A DNA stretch of 64,000 bases from the human T2T-CHM13v2.0 reference genome, Homo sapiens: the NCBI RefSeq assembly GCF_009914755.1, contig NC_060947.1. One strand, written 5' to 3'. A program made the position numbers and the translations under genes. Positions 18,335-30,300 of the stretch are shown piece by piece (the first letter of the stretch is position 1; every line of letters starts with the position of its first letter). The notes under the pieces were generated by a model. The model was given only the letters and a program-made list of their open reading frames with translations. It was not told the origin of the DNA and did no database searches.

Positions 18335-19442
18335 TACATTAGTGCATTCTCCTGGTGCTGTTAAGAAATACCTAAGACTGGGTAATTTATAAAGAAAAGA
18401 GATTTAATTGTCTCATAGTGCTTTATGGCTTGGGAGGCTTCAGGAAATTTACAACAGAAGGCACCTTCTGTTGTAAATTTATGGCAGAAGGCACCTCTTA
18501 ACATGGCAGCAGCATGACAGCAGGAGGGAGAATGAGAATGAGAATGAGAGTGCCAGCAGGGAAATGTCAGACACTTATAAAACTATCAGATTTCATGAGG
18601 ACTAATTCATTATTAATAGAACAGCATGGGGGAAACTTCCCCCATGATTCAATTACCTCCCACTGGGTTACTCCCACAGCATGTGGGGATTATGAGATTA
18701 CAATTTAAAATGAGAGTTTGGTGGGAACACGAAGCCTAACTGTACGATTTCACTCCTAGCCCCTCCCAAATCTCATGTCCTCCCATTTCAAAACCAATCA
18801 TACCTTCTCAACAGTCCTCCAAAAACTTAACTCATTTCAGCATTAACTCAAAGTCCACAGTCAAAAGTCTCATCTGAGACAAAGCCAGTCTCTTCTATCT
18901 ATGAGCCTGTAAAATCCTAAGCAAGTTAGTTACTTCCTAGATACAATGGGGTACAGGCATTGGGTAAATACATTTACTCCAAATGGGAGAAATTGGCCAA
19001 AAAGAAAAAAAAATGGTGCTACAGGCTCCATGCAAATCTGAAATCCAATAGGGCCGTCATTGAACATCAAAGTTCTTATATAATCTCTTTTGACTCCATG
19101 TCTCACTTCCAGATCATGTTGATGAAAATAGTGGGCTTCCATGTCCTTGGGCAGCTCCACCCCTGTGGCTTTGCAGAGTACAGCCTCCCTCTCAGTTGCT
19201 TTTCTGTGCTGGCATTGAGTTTCTGTGGCTTTTTCAGGCGCATAGTGCAAGCTGTCAGTGGATCTATCATTCCAGGGTCTGGAGGACAGTGGCCCTCTCC
19301 TCACATCTCCACTAGGCAGTGCCCCAGTGGAGGCTCTGTGTGGGGTTCCAATCCTACATTTCCCTTCTGCACTGCCCTAGCAGAGGTTCTTCATGGAGGC
19401 TCCACATCTGCAGCAAATATCTGCCTGGACATCTAGGCATTT
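18335..19442 (-). mobile_element. Truncated THE1D/MST-like element: LTR 18335-18747 plus ~700 bp of internal region
   Basis: Homologous to 211-1275. It stops abruptly after ctggacatctaggcatt. Confidence 0.88.
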
Positions 19443-21379
19443 GAGGACACAGGTCTCCTTGAGGAAGGACAGGAGAAAGATTATCAGACTAGGCCTTCAG
19501 GCCTGCCCTGAAACTAGGCTGCATTCTGCAGCCCCATGTTCCAGGCCTGCTTGGCAGACTTGATTTCTGGGTTGCCCCACCTAATATCAGCTGATACAAG
19601 CATCACTGCCTGGCTGACCTAAGTGGCCCTGTGCTCTGGACTGCTTCCAAAACCAGGCTGCTTCTCACAAAACTGGACATCATGCATGCCCAACACCAAG
19701 ATGGTAGCATCATCCCAAGTCATCAGGATGGCACTCAAGGATCCAGCCTCTAGTCAAGCCCCTAAAATGCAAACTCCATGTCTGCAGAGCTTCAAGCCAG
19801 CCCCTGTGGTACCAGACTTCAGACCCACCACTGTGCTAGGTTGGCATTTTGACCTCAAGCACCAGACAGGCATCTATGGAAACAGCCCTGGCCTATCCAG
19901 TGTCAGACTGATTCTTGCAGTTGTATCTTCCAGGCTGGCCCCTGTAGCCCCATGCTCCAGTAGACTCAATGTTCAACTCTGCTTCAGCAGACCCAAGTTC
20001 TGGTTCTGTTAGTAGACCCCATCACTAGACTGGCCTCCACAAATCCAGGCTTCAAGACTACCTTAGTGTACCCAGCACCCATGCTAGCACCAGAGGCTCT
20101 CTGACCCAGGTCAGATCTCATGAAGCTAGCCTCTAGGCCAGCATCTGCACAGCCAGGCTCCAGGCTGACACTAGTGGACAAGACTCCAGGCTAAACCCCA
20201 AAGTCTTGGGCTCCAGGCTATCTCCAGTAGCTCAAGGCACCAGGTCACCACCCATGATCCTAGGTGCCAGAGTAGCCCCCATGGACCCAGGCTCCATGCT
20301 GGCCATAGCATCAGGCTGGCCACAGGCTCCAAGGTGGTCCCTGTGGCCCCAGACTTTAGGGACTCCGAGTCTAGTCTTGTTGTAGCATACCTAATGACCA
20401 GACACACCCAAGTAGACCAAAGTGCCCACCCAGATCCTGTGGATATGGGCTCTAACACCACCTCTTCAGGCCCAGTCTGCAGGCCAGCTCTCACGTGCCC
20501 AGGACCTACACCCACCTCCATGGAATAAGTTTCAAGGCCTGACTTAGTACCGGACCAGTCCTTATGGACTCAGGATCCAAGCCTATGCCAGTTGTTTCAG
20601 GCACTAAGCTCATCTCAGTACCTTGCCAGAGCCTGCAGACTCAAGCTCAGGACCCATTCCAGTGACAGGTTCACCTTGATGAACCTAGGTTTCTGACTGG
20701 CTCATACAGATATGGGCTCCAAAGCCTCTCATGTTGATTCAAGCTTTCGGCCTATCTCTGAAGATTGAATTAGCAGGTTCACCATAGTAAATCTAAGCTT
20801 CAAGCCAAGCCCTAAATACACAGGTATAGTGATTGCACACATGCTGAATCAGGCACAAGGTCAGCTTGCCTGGGGATTTCAGCACCAAATCCACCCTTGG
20901 ATTATGCCAAATGGCCTGCCTGGAACCTAAACAGCTAACTGGTGAAGAATTCCCCAAACAAGGCCAGTCTGCAAAGACTGGAATAAATCCATACTTTTTC
21001 AAATGTACTAACATCAATCTAAGACTACAAGAAACATGAACAACCAAAGAGACACAACAGCATCAAAAGAACACAATAATCTTCTAGTAACAGAACCAAA
21101 GAAAATAAAGATACACAAGATGTCTGAAAAATAATTTAAAATAACTTACTTTTAAGGAAGCTCAGTGAATTTCAAGGAAATACAAAGAAACAAGTTAATT
21201 AAGTAAGAAAAACAATAAATGACTAAAATGAGACATTTAAACTAAATACAAACTCTACAAAAAATCTCCAGAAATTCTGAAGCTGAAAACTATGATGAAA
21301 AAATGAAAAATGCAATAGAGAATACCAATAGAGTTGATCAAGGTCACTAGAATTAATCAAGTATAAGAAAGATCTGTGA

Positions 21380-21684
21380 GGACGGTTGCGGTTGATCATG
21401 CCGGTAATCCTAGGACTTAGGGAGGCTGAGATAAGCAGATCATGAGCCCAGAAGGTTAAGACCAGCCTGGGCAACATGGCACAATCTTATCTCTACAAAA
21501 AAAAAAAAAATACAAAACTTAGATGGGTGTGGTGATACATGCCTGTAGTTCCAGCTACTCAGGAAGCTGAGGAAGGAGGATTGCTTGAGCCTAGAAAGTG
21601 GAGGCTTCTGGGAGCTGAGATCATGCCACTGCACTCCAGGCTGGGTAACAGAGAAATACCTTGCAAAAAAAAAAAAAAAAAAAA
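21380..21684 (+). mobile_element. Alu SINE (AluJ-like)
   Basis: Dimeric structure, A-rich linker, A20 tail and J-type ggaggattgcttgagcc. Degenerate TSD aaagatctgtga / aaagatatggga. Confidence 0.92.
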
Positions 21685-21751
21685 GATATGGGAAATCAAA
21701 GACAGGTTATTTAAAAATATATAAACAGAGAAGAAAAGAATAAAAAGTAAT

Positions 21752-22310
21752 TGTATTAGTCACGGTTCTCTAAAAGGACAGAACAAATAGGATATATGTA
21801 TATATAAAAGAAAGTTTATTAAGGAGAATTGACTCACAGGATCACAAGGTAAAGTCCCTGGATAGGAAGTCTGCAAGTTGAGGAACAAAGAAGCCAGTAG
21901 TGGATCAGTCTGAATCCCCAAACCTCAGAAGTAGGGAAGCCTACAGTGTAGTCTTCAGTCTGTGGCTGAAGGCCAGAGATCCCCTTGCAAACCAAGAGTG
22001 TAAATCCAAGAGTCCAAAAGCTGAAGAACTTGGAGTCTGATATTCGAGCGCAGGAAGTATTTAGCATGGGAGAAAGATGAAGACCAGAAGACTCAGCAAG
22101 CCTTCTCATTCCACATTTTTCTGCCTGCTTTTTCTAGCTGCTCTGGCGGCCTAGGGGATGGTGCCCACCCAGGTTAAAAGTGGAACTATCTCTCCCAGTC
22201 CACTGACTCAAATGTTAATTTTCTCTAGCAACACCCTCACAGACACACCCAGAAACAATACATTGAATGCTTCAATCCAATCAAGCTGACACTTAATATT
22301 AACCATCACA
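21752..22310 (-). mobile_element. MLT2B-like LTR (3' LTR of the HERV-L provirus)
   Basis: tgtattagtcacggttctctaaaaggacagaac ... attaaccatcaca; directly adjoins HERV-L internal sequence. Confidence 0.9.
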
Positions 22311-25292
22311 AGTCAACTCCTCATCAAATTGAACCCATATACATATCCAAATAAAGAAAATAATAAGATCACAATTACACCTAACATAATACAGCTATCC
22401 TTTGTACAACAGGAAGCACGCTAATCCCTAATCTAAATGCTATTACAAGAAGTTAACAACACTGAAATGCTGATATGGAGTCACTAAATCTTATGTCACA
22501 TTATAAAGGGAAAAAAGAAAACAAAGATATTTTCTTAGTACATATGTATACAAGAACAAGCATATTATTAACTAAATAAGGAGAAAATATTCATGACAAT
22601 TACAGTTCTCATTTCTGCCACTGGTCATATGGTCACAGCTGGTATGGATAACTACCTTCTTTTATCATCCATTCTGTATTCCCTTTGCCTTTAGCAAGCT
22701 CCTTAGATGGTCATTATTTTTTATCTGGTGGAATGACCCAAATGTTCTTTCTTGGAGGGTCCAGGTAATTTGTAGTCCTGCTTGGATAGGGCTGCTGTAG
22801 TTTCCCATTGACCTTAATTACGGGACATGGTAATATTAAGAGATGCCCTAAGGGATCTCCTGTATTCCACACATACTCTTCCTTACCTCCATTGTGGAGT
22901 AGTAGACTGATTTCATCTTGATAGTCTGGGTCAGTCACCCCAGACAACACTGTAACTCCCTTCTTAGCCTGTTGACTCAGAGGTAGGAGAAACCCAAAGT
23001 GGCCAGGTGGCAATCTTAACTTCCACTTTAATAGAATTATTAATGTGTCTTCTGATGGCCGCATTCCTCCCTCTGGAACTGAGACCTCTAGGCCAGCAGA
23101 ACATAGTGTCATGGAAACAGGAAGCAAAATTTTTGCTAGTGGGTCACTAAGGTTGATGGTGCCACCTTCAATTCAACAGTTTTATTCCTGTACCCTTAAA
23201 TCCTGGCTATGAGAGAAACAGTACTATATATTGGATGCTGATTCAGAGCATAAACAGCCCTCTAGAGAACTTGGCCCCATCCCTGCAAAGTATTGTCACC
23301 TAGTTGGCTTTGTAACTGTGACTTCCAAAGGGCATTGAATCCAGCTGATTCAGGATGATGGGAAACATGGTAAGACCAGTGAATTCCATGAGCATGAGCT
23401 CACTGCTGCTCTTCTTTAGCTCTAATGTGAATGCCTTGGTCAGAGGCAATGCTGTGTGGAATACCATTATGGTGGATAAGGCATTCCTTGAGTCCATGGA
23501 TGGTAGTTGTGGCAGAAGCATTGCATGCAGGATAGGCAAACCCACATCCAGAGTAAGTGTCTGTTCTAGTGAGGACAAACCCTTCCCTTTCCGTGATGAA
23601 AGAGCTTGCACAGCCGCCTGGACCTCTTTCAGAGGCCTCTCCTGTTCTGGACACTACTCAAAACTGGCAGTCTTTTGGGTAATTTGATAAATGGCTGGAA
23701 TAACACACCCAAATGAGGAATGTGTTGTCTTCAAAATCCAAATAGGTTCACTGGGTGTTGTGCCTCTTTCTTGGTTGTAAGATGGGCCAAATGCAGCAAC
23801 TTATCCTTCACCTTAGAAAGAATACCTCAACAGTTCCCACATCACTGGGCCTCTAGAAATTTTACTGAGGTAGAAGGTCTCTGAATTTTAGTTGAATTTA
23901 TTTCCCATCCCCTGACACACAAATGTCTCACCAATTAGTCCAGTGTGTTTTCTACTTCTCACTCACTGTGTCCAGTCAGCATAATGTTATCAATGTAATG
24001 GACCAGTGTGATATCTTGTGGAAGGAAAAAGCGATCAAGATATCTGTGATCAAGATTATTACACACAGCTGGAGAATTGATACACTCCAAAGGTAGGACA
24101 ATGAAGGTATATTGCTGGCTTTGACAACTGAATACAAATTGCTTCTGATGGGCTTCGTGGACAGAAAGGGGAAAAAAAGGCATTTGCCAAATCAATTGCT
24201 GCATACCAGGTACAAGAAGATGTGTTAATTTACTCAAGCAATAAAACCACATGTGATAAAGCAGCTGCAATTGGAGTCACCACTTGGTTAAGCTTACAAT
24301 AATCCACTATCATTCTCCAAGATCCATCTCTCTTCTGCATAGGCCAAATAAGAGAGTTGAATGGGGATGTTATAGGAATCACCACCCCTGCATCTTGATG
24401 GTGATACTGCGCTTCAAAATCTCTCCAGAGGATGTGATATTGTTTTTGATTTACTATTTTCCTAGGTAGAGGCAGCTCTCATGGCTTCCATTTGGCCTTT
24501 TCCACCATAATAGCCCTCACCCTACGAGTCAGGGAGCCAATGTGGGGACTCTGCCAGCTGCTAAGTATGTCTATGCCAATTAAGCATTCTGGCACAGGGA
24601 AAATGACCACAGGATGAGTCCAGGAACCCACTGTAAGGCAGACCTGAGCAAAAACTCCATTTATTACCTGACCTCCATAACCCCCTACTTTAACTGGAGG
24701 GCCACAGTGATGTTGGGGCTCCTGGAATTAACATCAGCTCACAGGCAGCGTCCAGTAGTCCCGAAAACGTCCGATCATTCCCCTTTTTCCAATGCACAGT
24801 TACCTTGGTAAAAGGCTGGAGGTCTTCTTGGGGAAGGATGGGATAAAGATTACCAGTATAAATTGTCAGTGGTGTAATGGGGTCCTTCCTCAAGGGGAAC
24901 CAGCGTCCCCTTCATTCAAGGGGTTCTGGGTCTGTAAAATGATTCAAGCCTGGAAATTGATTGAGGGGCCATGATTTTCTATTTTAATAATTCATATTAG
25001 TCATTTGTCCACTCGACCTGGATGTTTTCTGCTTATACAAATTAAGTAAGAATGCCGTAGGCTTCTTATCAATTTCACTTCTAGGAACTCCGTGATTAAT
25101 TAGCCAATGACAGAGCTCTACACAATTCAGACTATTCTGATTACTACTTTGCCTCTGCTGTCTATTATGGTAACTATGTCCACCTTGTGTCTGATGGTTG
25201 AGTGCCACCACTTGGCCCCTGACACCTCAGGACTCAATTATTCTCATCGCATTTAAATTTTGTAATTGAGTGACTGCAATTCCCACTGTAAG
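22311..25292 (-). mobile_element. HERV-L internal region, 5'-truncated and internally deleted (gag end, protease, RT part, integrase part, dUTPase)
   Basis: Minus-strand ORFs: gag (24984-25211), protease VTVHWKKGNDRTFSGLLDAA (24690-24893), RT ITLVHYIDNIML (23959-24270), integrase FVLTRTDTYSG...SIASDQG (23400-23654), dUTPase. Confidence 0.93.
22714..23127 (-). pseudogene. HERV-L dUTPase domain relic
   Basis: Stop-free 137-codon frame with SAGLEV, LRLPPGHFG and GVTDPDYQDEI (motif-3-like), located 3' of integrase as in ERV-L. Confidence 0.85.
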
Positions 25293-27323
25293 ATCTGGCA
25301 TACAGATCCTGTGCACCTGTGGCACAGGGATTACCTTGACGCTTTCATCCCCAGCAGAGGGGTTGTGCCTTACTTTGGTAGAGAAGCTTCTACACACCTT
25401 TGGCATGTGGAACAGCCAGGCATCTCTGTCCCCAGTGGGAAAGCTGCATGTGGCCCTGGTGAAGCAGCCCTTGCACATTCACAAAATAGCCCAGCACCCC
25501 CACCCCTAATAGGGTAACCACACCTGACCTGGTGGAGCATCCACATATTCTTGCAGCCTAAGCCACTAGTGGATTTGTAAGCATTGCTAAAATTGACTAC
25601 AGATGAAGAAACTGCACAGAGACTACACTACTGCATTCATCCAGAACCAAAGCCAACATGCTCTACATAATTGACTCCCTATGACACATCTTTAGGTGAT
25701 TTTTTTTATTATAACAACTCTATAAAATTGGAATAGGTGACCATTTCATCAGATGCATAGATATCAATGCAGAGACACACAAAATATTAAAAAGCAAGAA
25801 AATATAGTACTACCAAGGAAACACAATAACTCTCCAGAAACAGACCCTATAAAATGAAAATTTATGGGTTTCTTGAAAAGGAATTTAAAATAATGATCTT
25901 AAGGAAACTCACTGAAATACAAGAGAATAAAGATAGACAATTCAACAAAATTGGGAAAACAATTTATTAGCTAAATGAGATATTTGAAAGAGAGATCTTG
26001 TTAAGAAAACGTAAATCCTGGAGGTGAAGACTTTAATGAGTAAAATTAATAATAGAAATGAGAGCTTCAAAAGCAGACTAGATCAAGCAGAATTAAAAAA
26101 AATACTGAAATTGAAGACCATTCTTTAAAATAATTCAGTCAGAAAGAAAAAAACATAAAAGATCCTAAAAGATCCAAGAAAATCTGAGATCTGTGAGACA
26201 CCATTAAGTGAACAAAATTTTGCATTATTAAATGTTCAGAGGGAGATGAGGCAGACAAATATGCAGAAAGTTTATTTAATAAAATAATAGATGAAGACTT
26301 CCCACGTTTTGAGACAGATACGAACATCTAGATCCACAAAACTTATAAAGTCTTATTAGTTTCAACCCAAAGAGGTCTTTTTCAAGGCACATTAAAATGA
26401 AACTGTCAAAAGTCAAAGACAAAGAAAAAATTATAAAAGACAAAGAAAAAATTATAAAAGCTTCAAGAGAAGAGGATGAAGTCACGTATAAGTGAACTTC
26501 TGTTTGATTTTTAAATGATTTCTCACAGAAATCTTGGAGGGCGAGAGTGGAATATTATATTTGTTAAAAAAAAACATGCTAGACAAGAATACTAACTCAG
26601 CAAAGCTATTTTGCAGAAATGAAGGAGAAATAAAATATTTTCTAGACAAGCAAAAGCTAAGAAAATTTGTAACCACTAGACCAGCCTTACAAGAAATGCT
26701 TAAGGGAGTGCTTTGACCAGAAGTAGAAGAACGTTAATTATTATCACAAAATCATGAAAACGTAAAACTCACTGGTAGAGGTAACATCATAATCAAAATC
26801 AAATTGTGTCTTTACTTTAATGGTGGTATGTAATCTTTCAGGTCTCTAGCGCTAATGATAAAAGTCAAAATGGCAAACAATAACCATAGCTATAATAAAT
26901 TGCTAAGAAATACACAATATAAAAAGATGTAAATTAAGGTAGGAATATTACAAATTATGGGAGGGGAGAGTAAAAGTCTAGAATATTTGTATACAACCAA
27001 AGTTAGGTTGTAATCAGCTTAAATAGTATTCTAGAACTACAAGATTTTTAAATGTAAGCCCTACAGTAACCACAAAGAAAAAAAATTACAGCAGCTACAT
27101 AAATGAGAACAAATAATAATAAAAGCTTATCACTAGGAAAAACAATCAAACCACACAGGTAAAAAACAAAAGAGGAGTAAAAGAACAAAAAAATACAAAA
27201 TAAATAAAATTATATAACAGGGTAGAAAAATGTCCATACCTATCAAAAATAACCTTAAACGTAAGTGAATTAAATTCTCCAGTTAAAAAAGGAGTAACTA
27301 AGTAGATTATAAAACAAGATTCA

Positions 27324-30300
27324 GAAGGTGGCCAAGATGGCCAACTAGAAGAGGCTAGTAGTGTGTGTGGCTCTCACAAAGAGGAATGGAAGGGGTGAGT
27401 AAATACAGCACCATCAGCTGAAATGCCCAGGTATTTGCACTAGGAGTAATCAAGGAAACAAGTTGACCTGCAGAAAGTGGAGAAGAGCAAGGCAGGACCA
27501 CAGACCATTCAAAAGTGACATGGAGCCAAGGGAACGTCTCCTGCCCAGGGAAGTAGTGAGTAAATGTGTGACCCTGGGAACCAACACTTCTCCCACGGAT
27601 CTTTGCAACCATCAGGTCAGGAGATTTCCTTCTGAACCAACTCCACAAGGGCCTTTAGTTTGACACAAGGAACTATATAGAATCTCAGCAAAGCAGCTAC
27701 TTAGGAGTACATGGAGACCTGGGAGCCTTACTCAGGCTCTCTGGTCTTCCTGGCAAAAGTAGCTGCAACTCCAGCAAAGTGGGAGGTTAGACCCCTGTAC
27801 ATACCTCTAGGAAAGAGGCTGAATCAAAGGGCTGAGCAGTGAAAGCCTGCAAATCCCACTTCCACAGGAACTTGCAGGATAAGACTCCCTGGCTTGGAAT
27901 TCCAGCCAGCCACCGGTAGCAGCATTGCACCTATATGGGATGGAATTCCTTGGGGGAGAAGAGGGCTACCATCTTTGCTTTTTGAGTGGTTTAGCTGTTC
28001 CAGCCTTCAGGCTTTAGAGAACCGAAGCCAACTGGGGGTGGAAGGGATCCCCCAGCACAACACAGTTGCTTTACCAAAATGTGGTCAGACTGCTTTTTTT
28101 TAAGCAGTTCCCTGATCTCATTTCTCCCAACTATATCCTCCAGCCACCCCAACCAGTGTTCTTCACTTGACATAGATTTGAAGTCTCCTTTGAATGGAGC
28201 TGCCATAGGGAGGGGTGGACCACCATCTTTGCTGTTTGGGTGACTTAGCGTTTCAAGCCTTCAAGCTCGGGAGAGTCTAAGCTGACAGGAGGTGAAAGTG
28301 GTACTCCAGCACAGCATGACTGTTTTATAAACATGTGGCCAGACTGCCTTTTACAGTGGGTTCTTCATCCCATTCCTCATAACCAGGTGGGGACTTCCAA
28401 CCAGGGTCTCCTGTTACCCCAACTGGTGTTCTCTGGCTGACAGAGGTTTCTGGAATGGAGCTCCCAGAGGGAGAGCTGGGCAGCCATCTTTATTGTTTAG
28501 GTGACTTAATTGTTTCTACCTTCAGGCTTTGGAGAGTCCAAGCCAAATGGAAGCTGAGGCAGTCCCCCCAGCACAGCACAGCTGTTCTGTGAAAATGTAG
28601 CTAGATTATTTCTTAAAACAGATCCCTGACCTCATCCCTCTTCACTGGGCAGGACCTCCCAACTAGGGTCTCCAGCCAGCCTCCCCAGTGCTCTTCATCC
28701 AACAAAGACTTGAAACCTTCCTGGATTGATGTCCCAAAGGGAGGGAAAGGCCATTATCTTTGCTGTTTGGGTGACTTAGCTATTTCACCTTCGACCTTTG
28801 GAGTGTCTGAGGTAATTGGGGGCTGAAGCAAAGCCTCAACATAGCACAGCTGCTCTACAAAAACATGGCCAGACTGTTTTTTAAAGGGGCCCCCAATCCT
28901 GTTCCACCCCACTGAGAGCAACTCCCCAATCAGGGTCTCCAGGCACCTCCTACAGGTGTGTTTGGGCCAGCAGCAAGTCCATACCTCTCTGGGAGAGAGC
29001 TTCCAGAGGGAGAGGCAGATTGTCATCTTTGCTATATTGCAGCCTTCACTGGTGACACTTCCAGGTACTGGAAAATCCAAGGCTACTAGGGAATGGAATG
29101 GGCCTCCAGCATACTGCAGCAGCCCTATGAAAAACTGGACAGAGTATTATGTGGGTGCCTGTTCCCATATCTCCTCAATTGGCAGGTCCTCCAGGCATAG
29201 GCCTCCAGCCACCCTCTACCAGAGCTATCGAGCCAGTAGTAACTCAAAAGCTCCCTGGACAAAGCCTCCAGGGGCAACTGAAAGCCTCTCTGCCACTACC
29301 TCGGCAGTGGAACTGCCCTTTCCACCCATGGACTAATGAAGGAACAAAGATCCTAAGTGCTTTATTAACACCTCCAACAAGCTTCAGTTGACTGAAGGAG
29401 AGGGGACCAGTCCATCTTCCATGGGTCTCACACACCCACTTCCGTTCATCACCAGACGGGGAACTTCCACCTTGAGCCCATAGCACAGACCCTCCATCCT
29501 GGGCTGATTGCACTGAATGACGCTGACCTGCATTCTCTGGGGTGGAGGCTCTAGCAGGTGAGCAAAAGACCCTACAACCATTAATAAGGTCCCTTCCTTT
29601 GTTGCCCCCCCAAGCTGGGGAAGAAACATAAACACTGAGATCCAACCAAAGCTGCAGTGGGCAGACCAGGAGTTCCAAGCCATGATCTACAGCCTGCACT
29701 CAAGAAAGAGAGGAATCTACACTTTCAGAATATTGACAGGGAACACAGCTGCCACTGTGAGGGAACATATTGGAGCCACACAACTGAGCAAGAGTTTACC
29801 AACTGACCAATAAGTGCCACCTACTGAATCACATCCCAAAGTTTCCACATCAAAAATACCTCACTAATGTACCCAACTCTGAAACAAAAAAAAAAAGTCA
29901 GTTTCAAATAAAGGCACTGCACAAATCCTCAGCCAGATGTAAACATCCAGAAAATAGGTGTATTAACTGTATTCAATCTACACTGCAGTTAAAGTAACAC
30001 ACACATGCAGAGATAAGAAAGAACCAATGCAAGAACTCTGGTGACTCAAATGGCCAGACTGGAGTATGTCCTCCAATTAACTGGACCAATTCTTCAACAA
30101 GAGTTCTTAACCAAGCTGAACTGGCTGAAATGACAGAAATGGAATTTGGAATATGTATAGGAATAATATTTATCCTAAATATATATGCACCCACACAGAA
30201 GCACCCAGATTAATGAAGCAAGTTACTAAAGATCTACAAAGAGACATAGAGTCTCACACAGTAATAGTGTAAGATTTCAACACTCCACTTACAGTACCAG

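Larger units (their letters stand above)
18030..21751 (+). mobile_element. L1M 5' portion (long GC-rich, internally repetitive 5'UTR plus ORF1 start), interrupted by THE1 and Alu
   Basis: Recurrent ccaggc/ctccagg motifs at 19445-20950, then A-rich ORF1-like text (ttaaggaagctcagtgaatttcaaggaaatacaaag). Confidence 0.7.

Noticed and set aside
27950-29050. Regularly spaced repeats considered as a CRISPR-like array
   Set aside because: Whole units are homologous with no unique spacers, the context is eukaryotic L1 5'UTR, and there are no cas genes.
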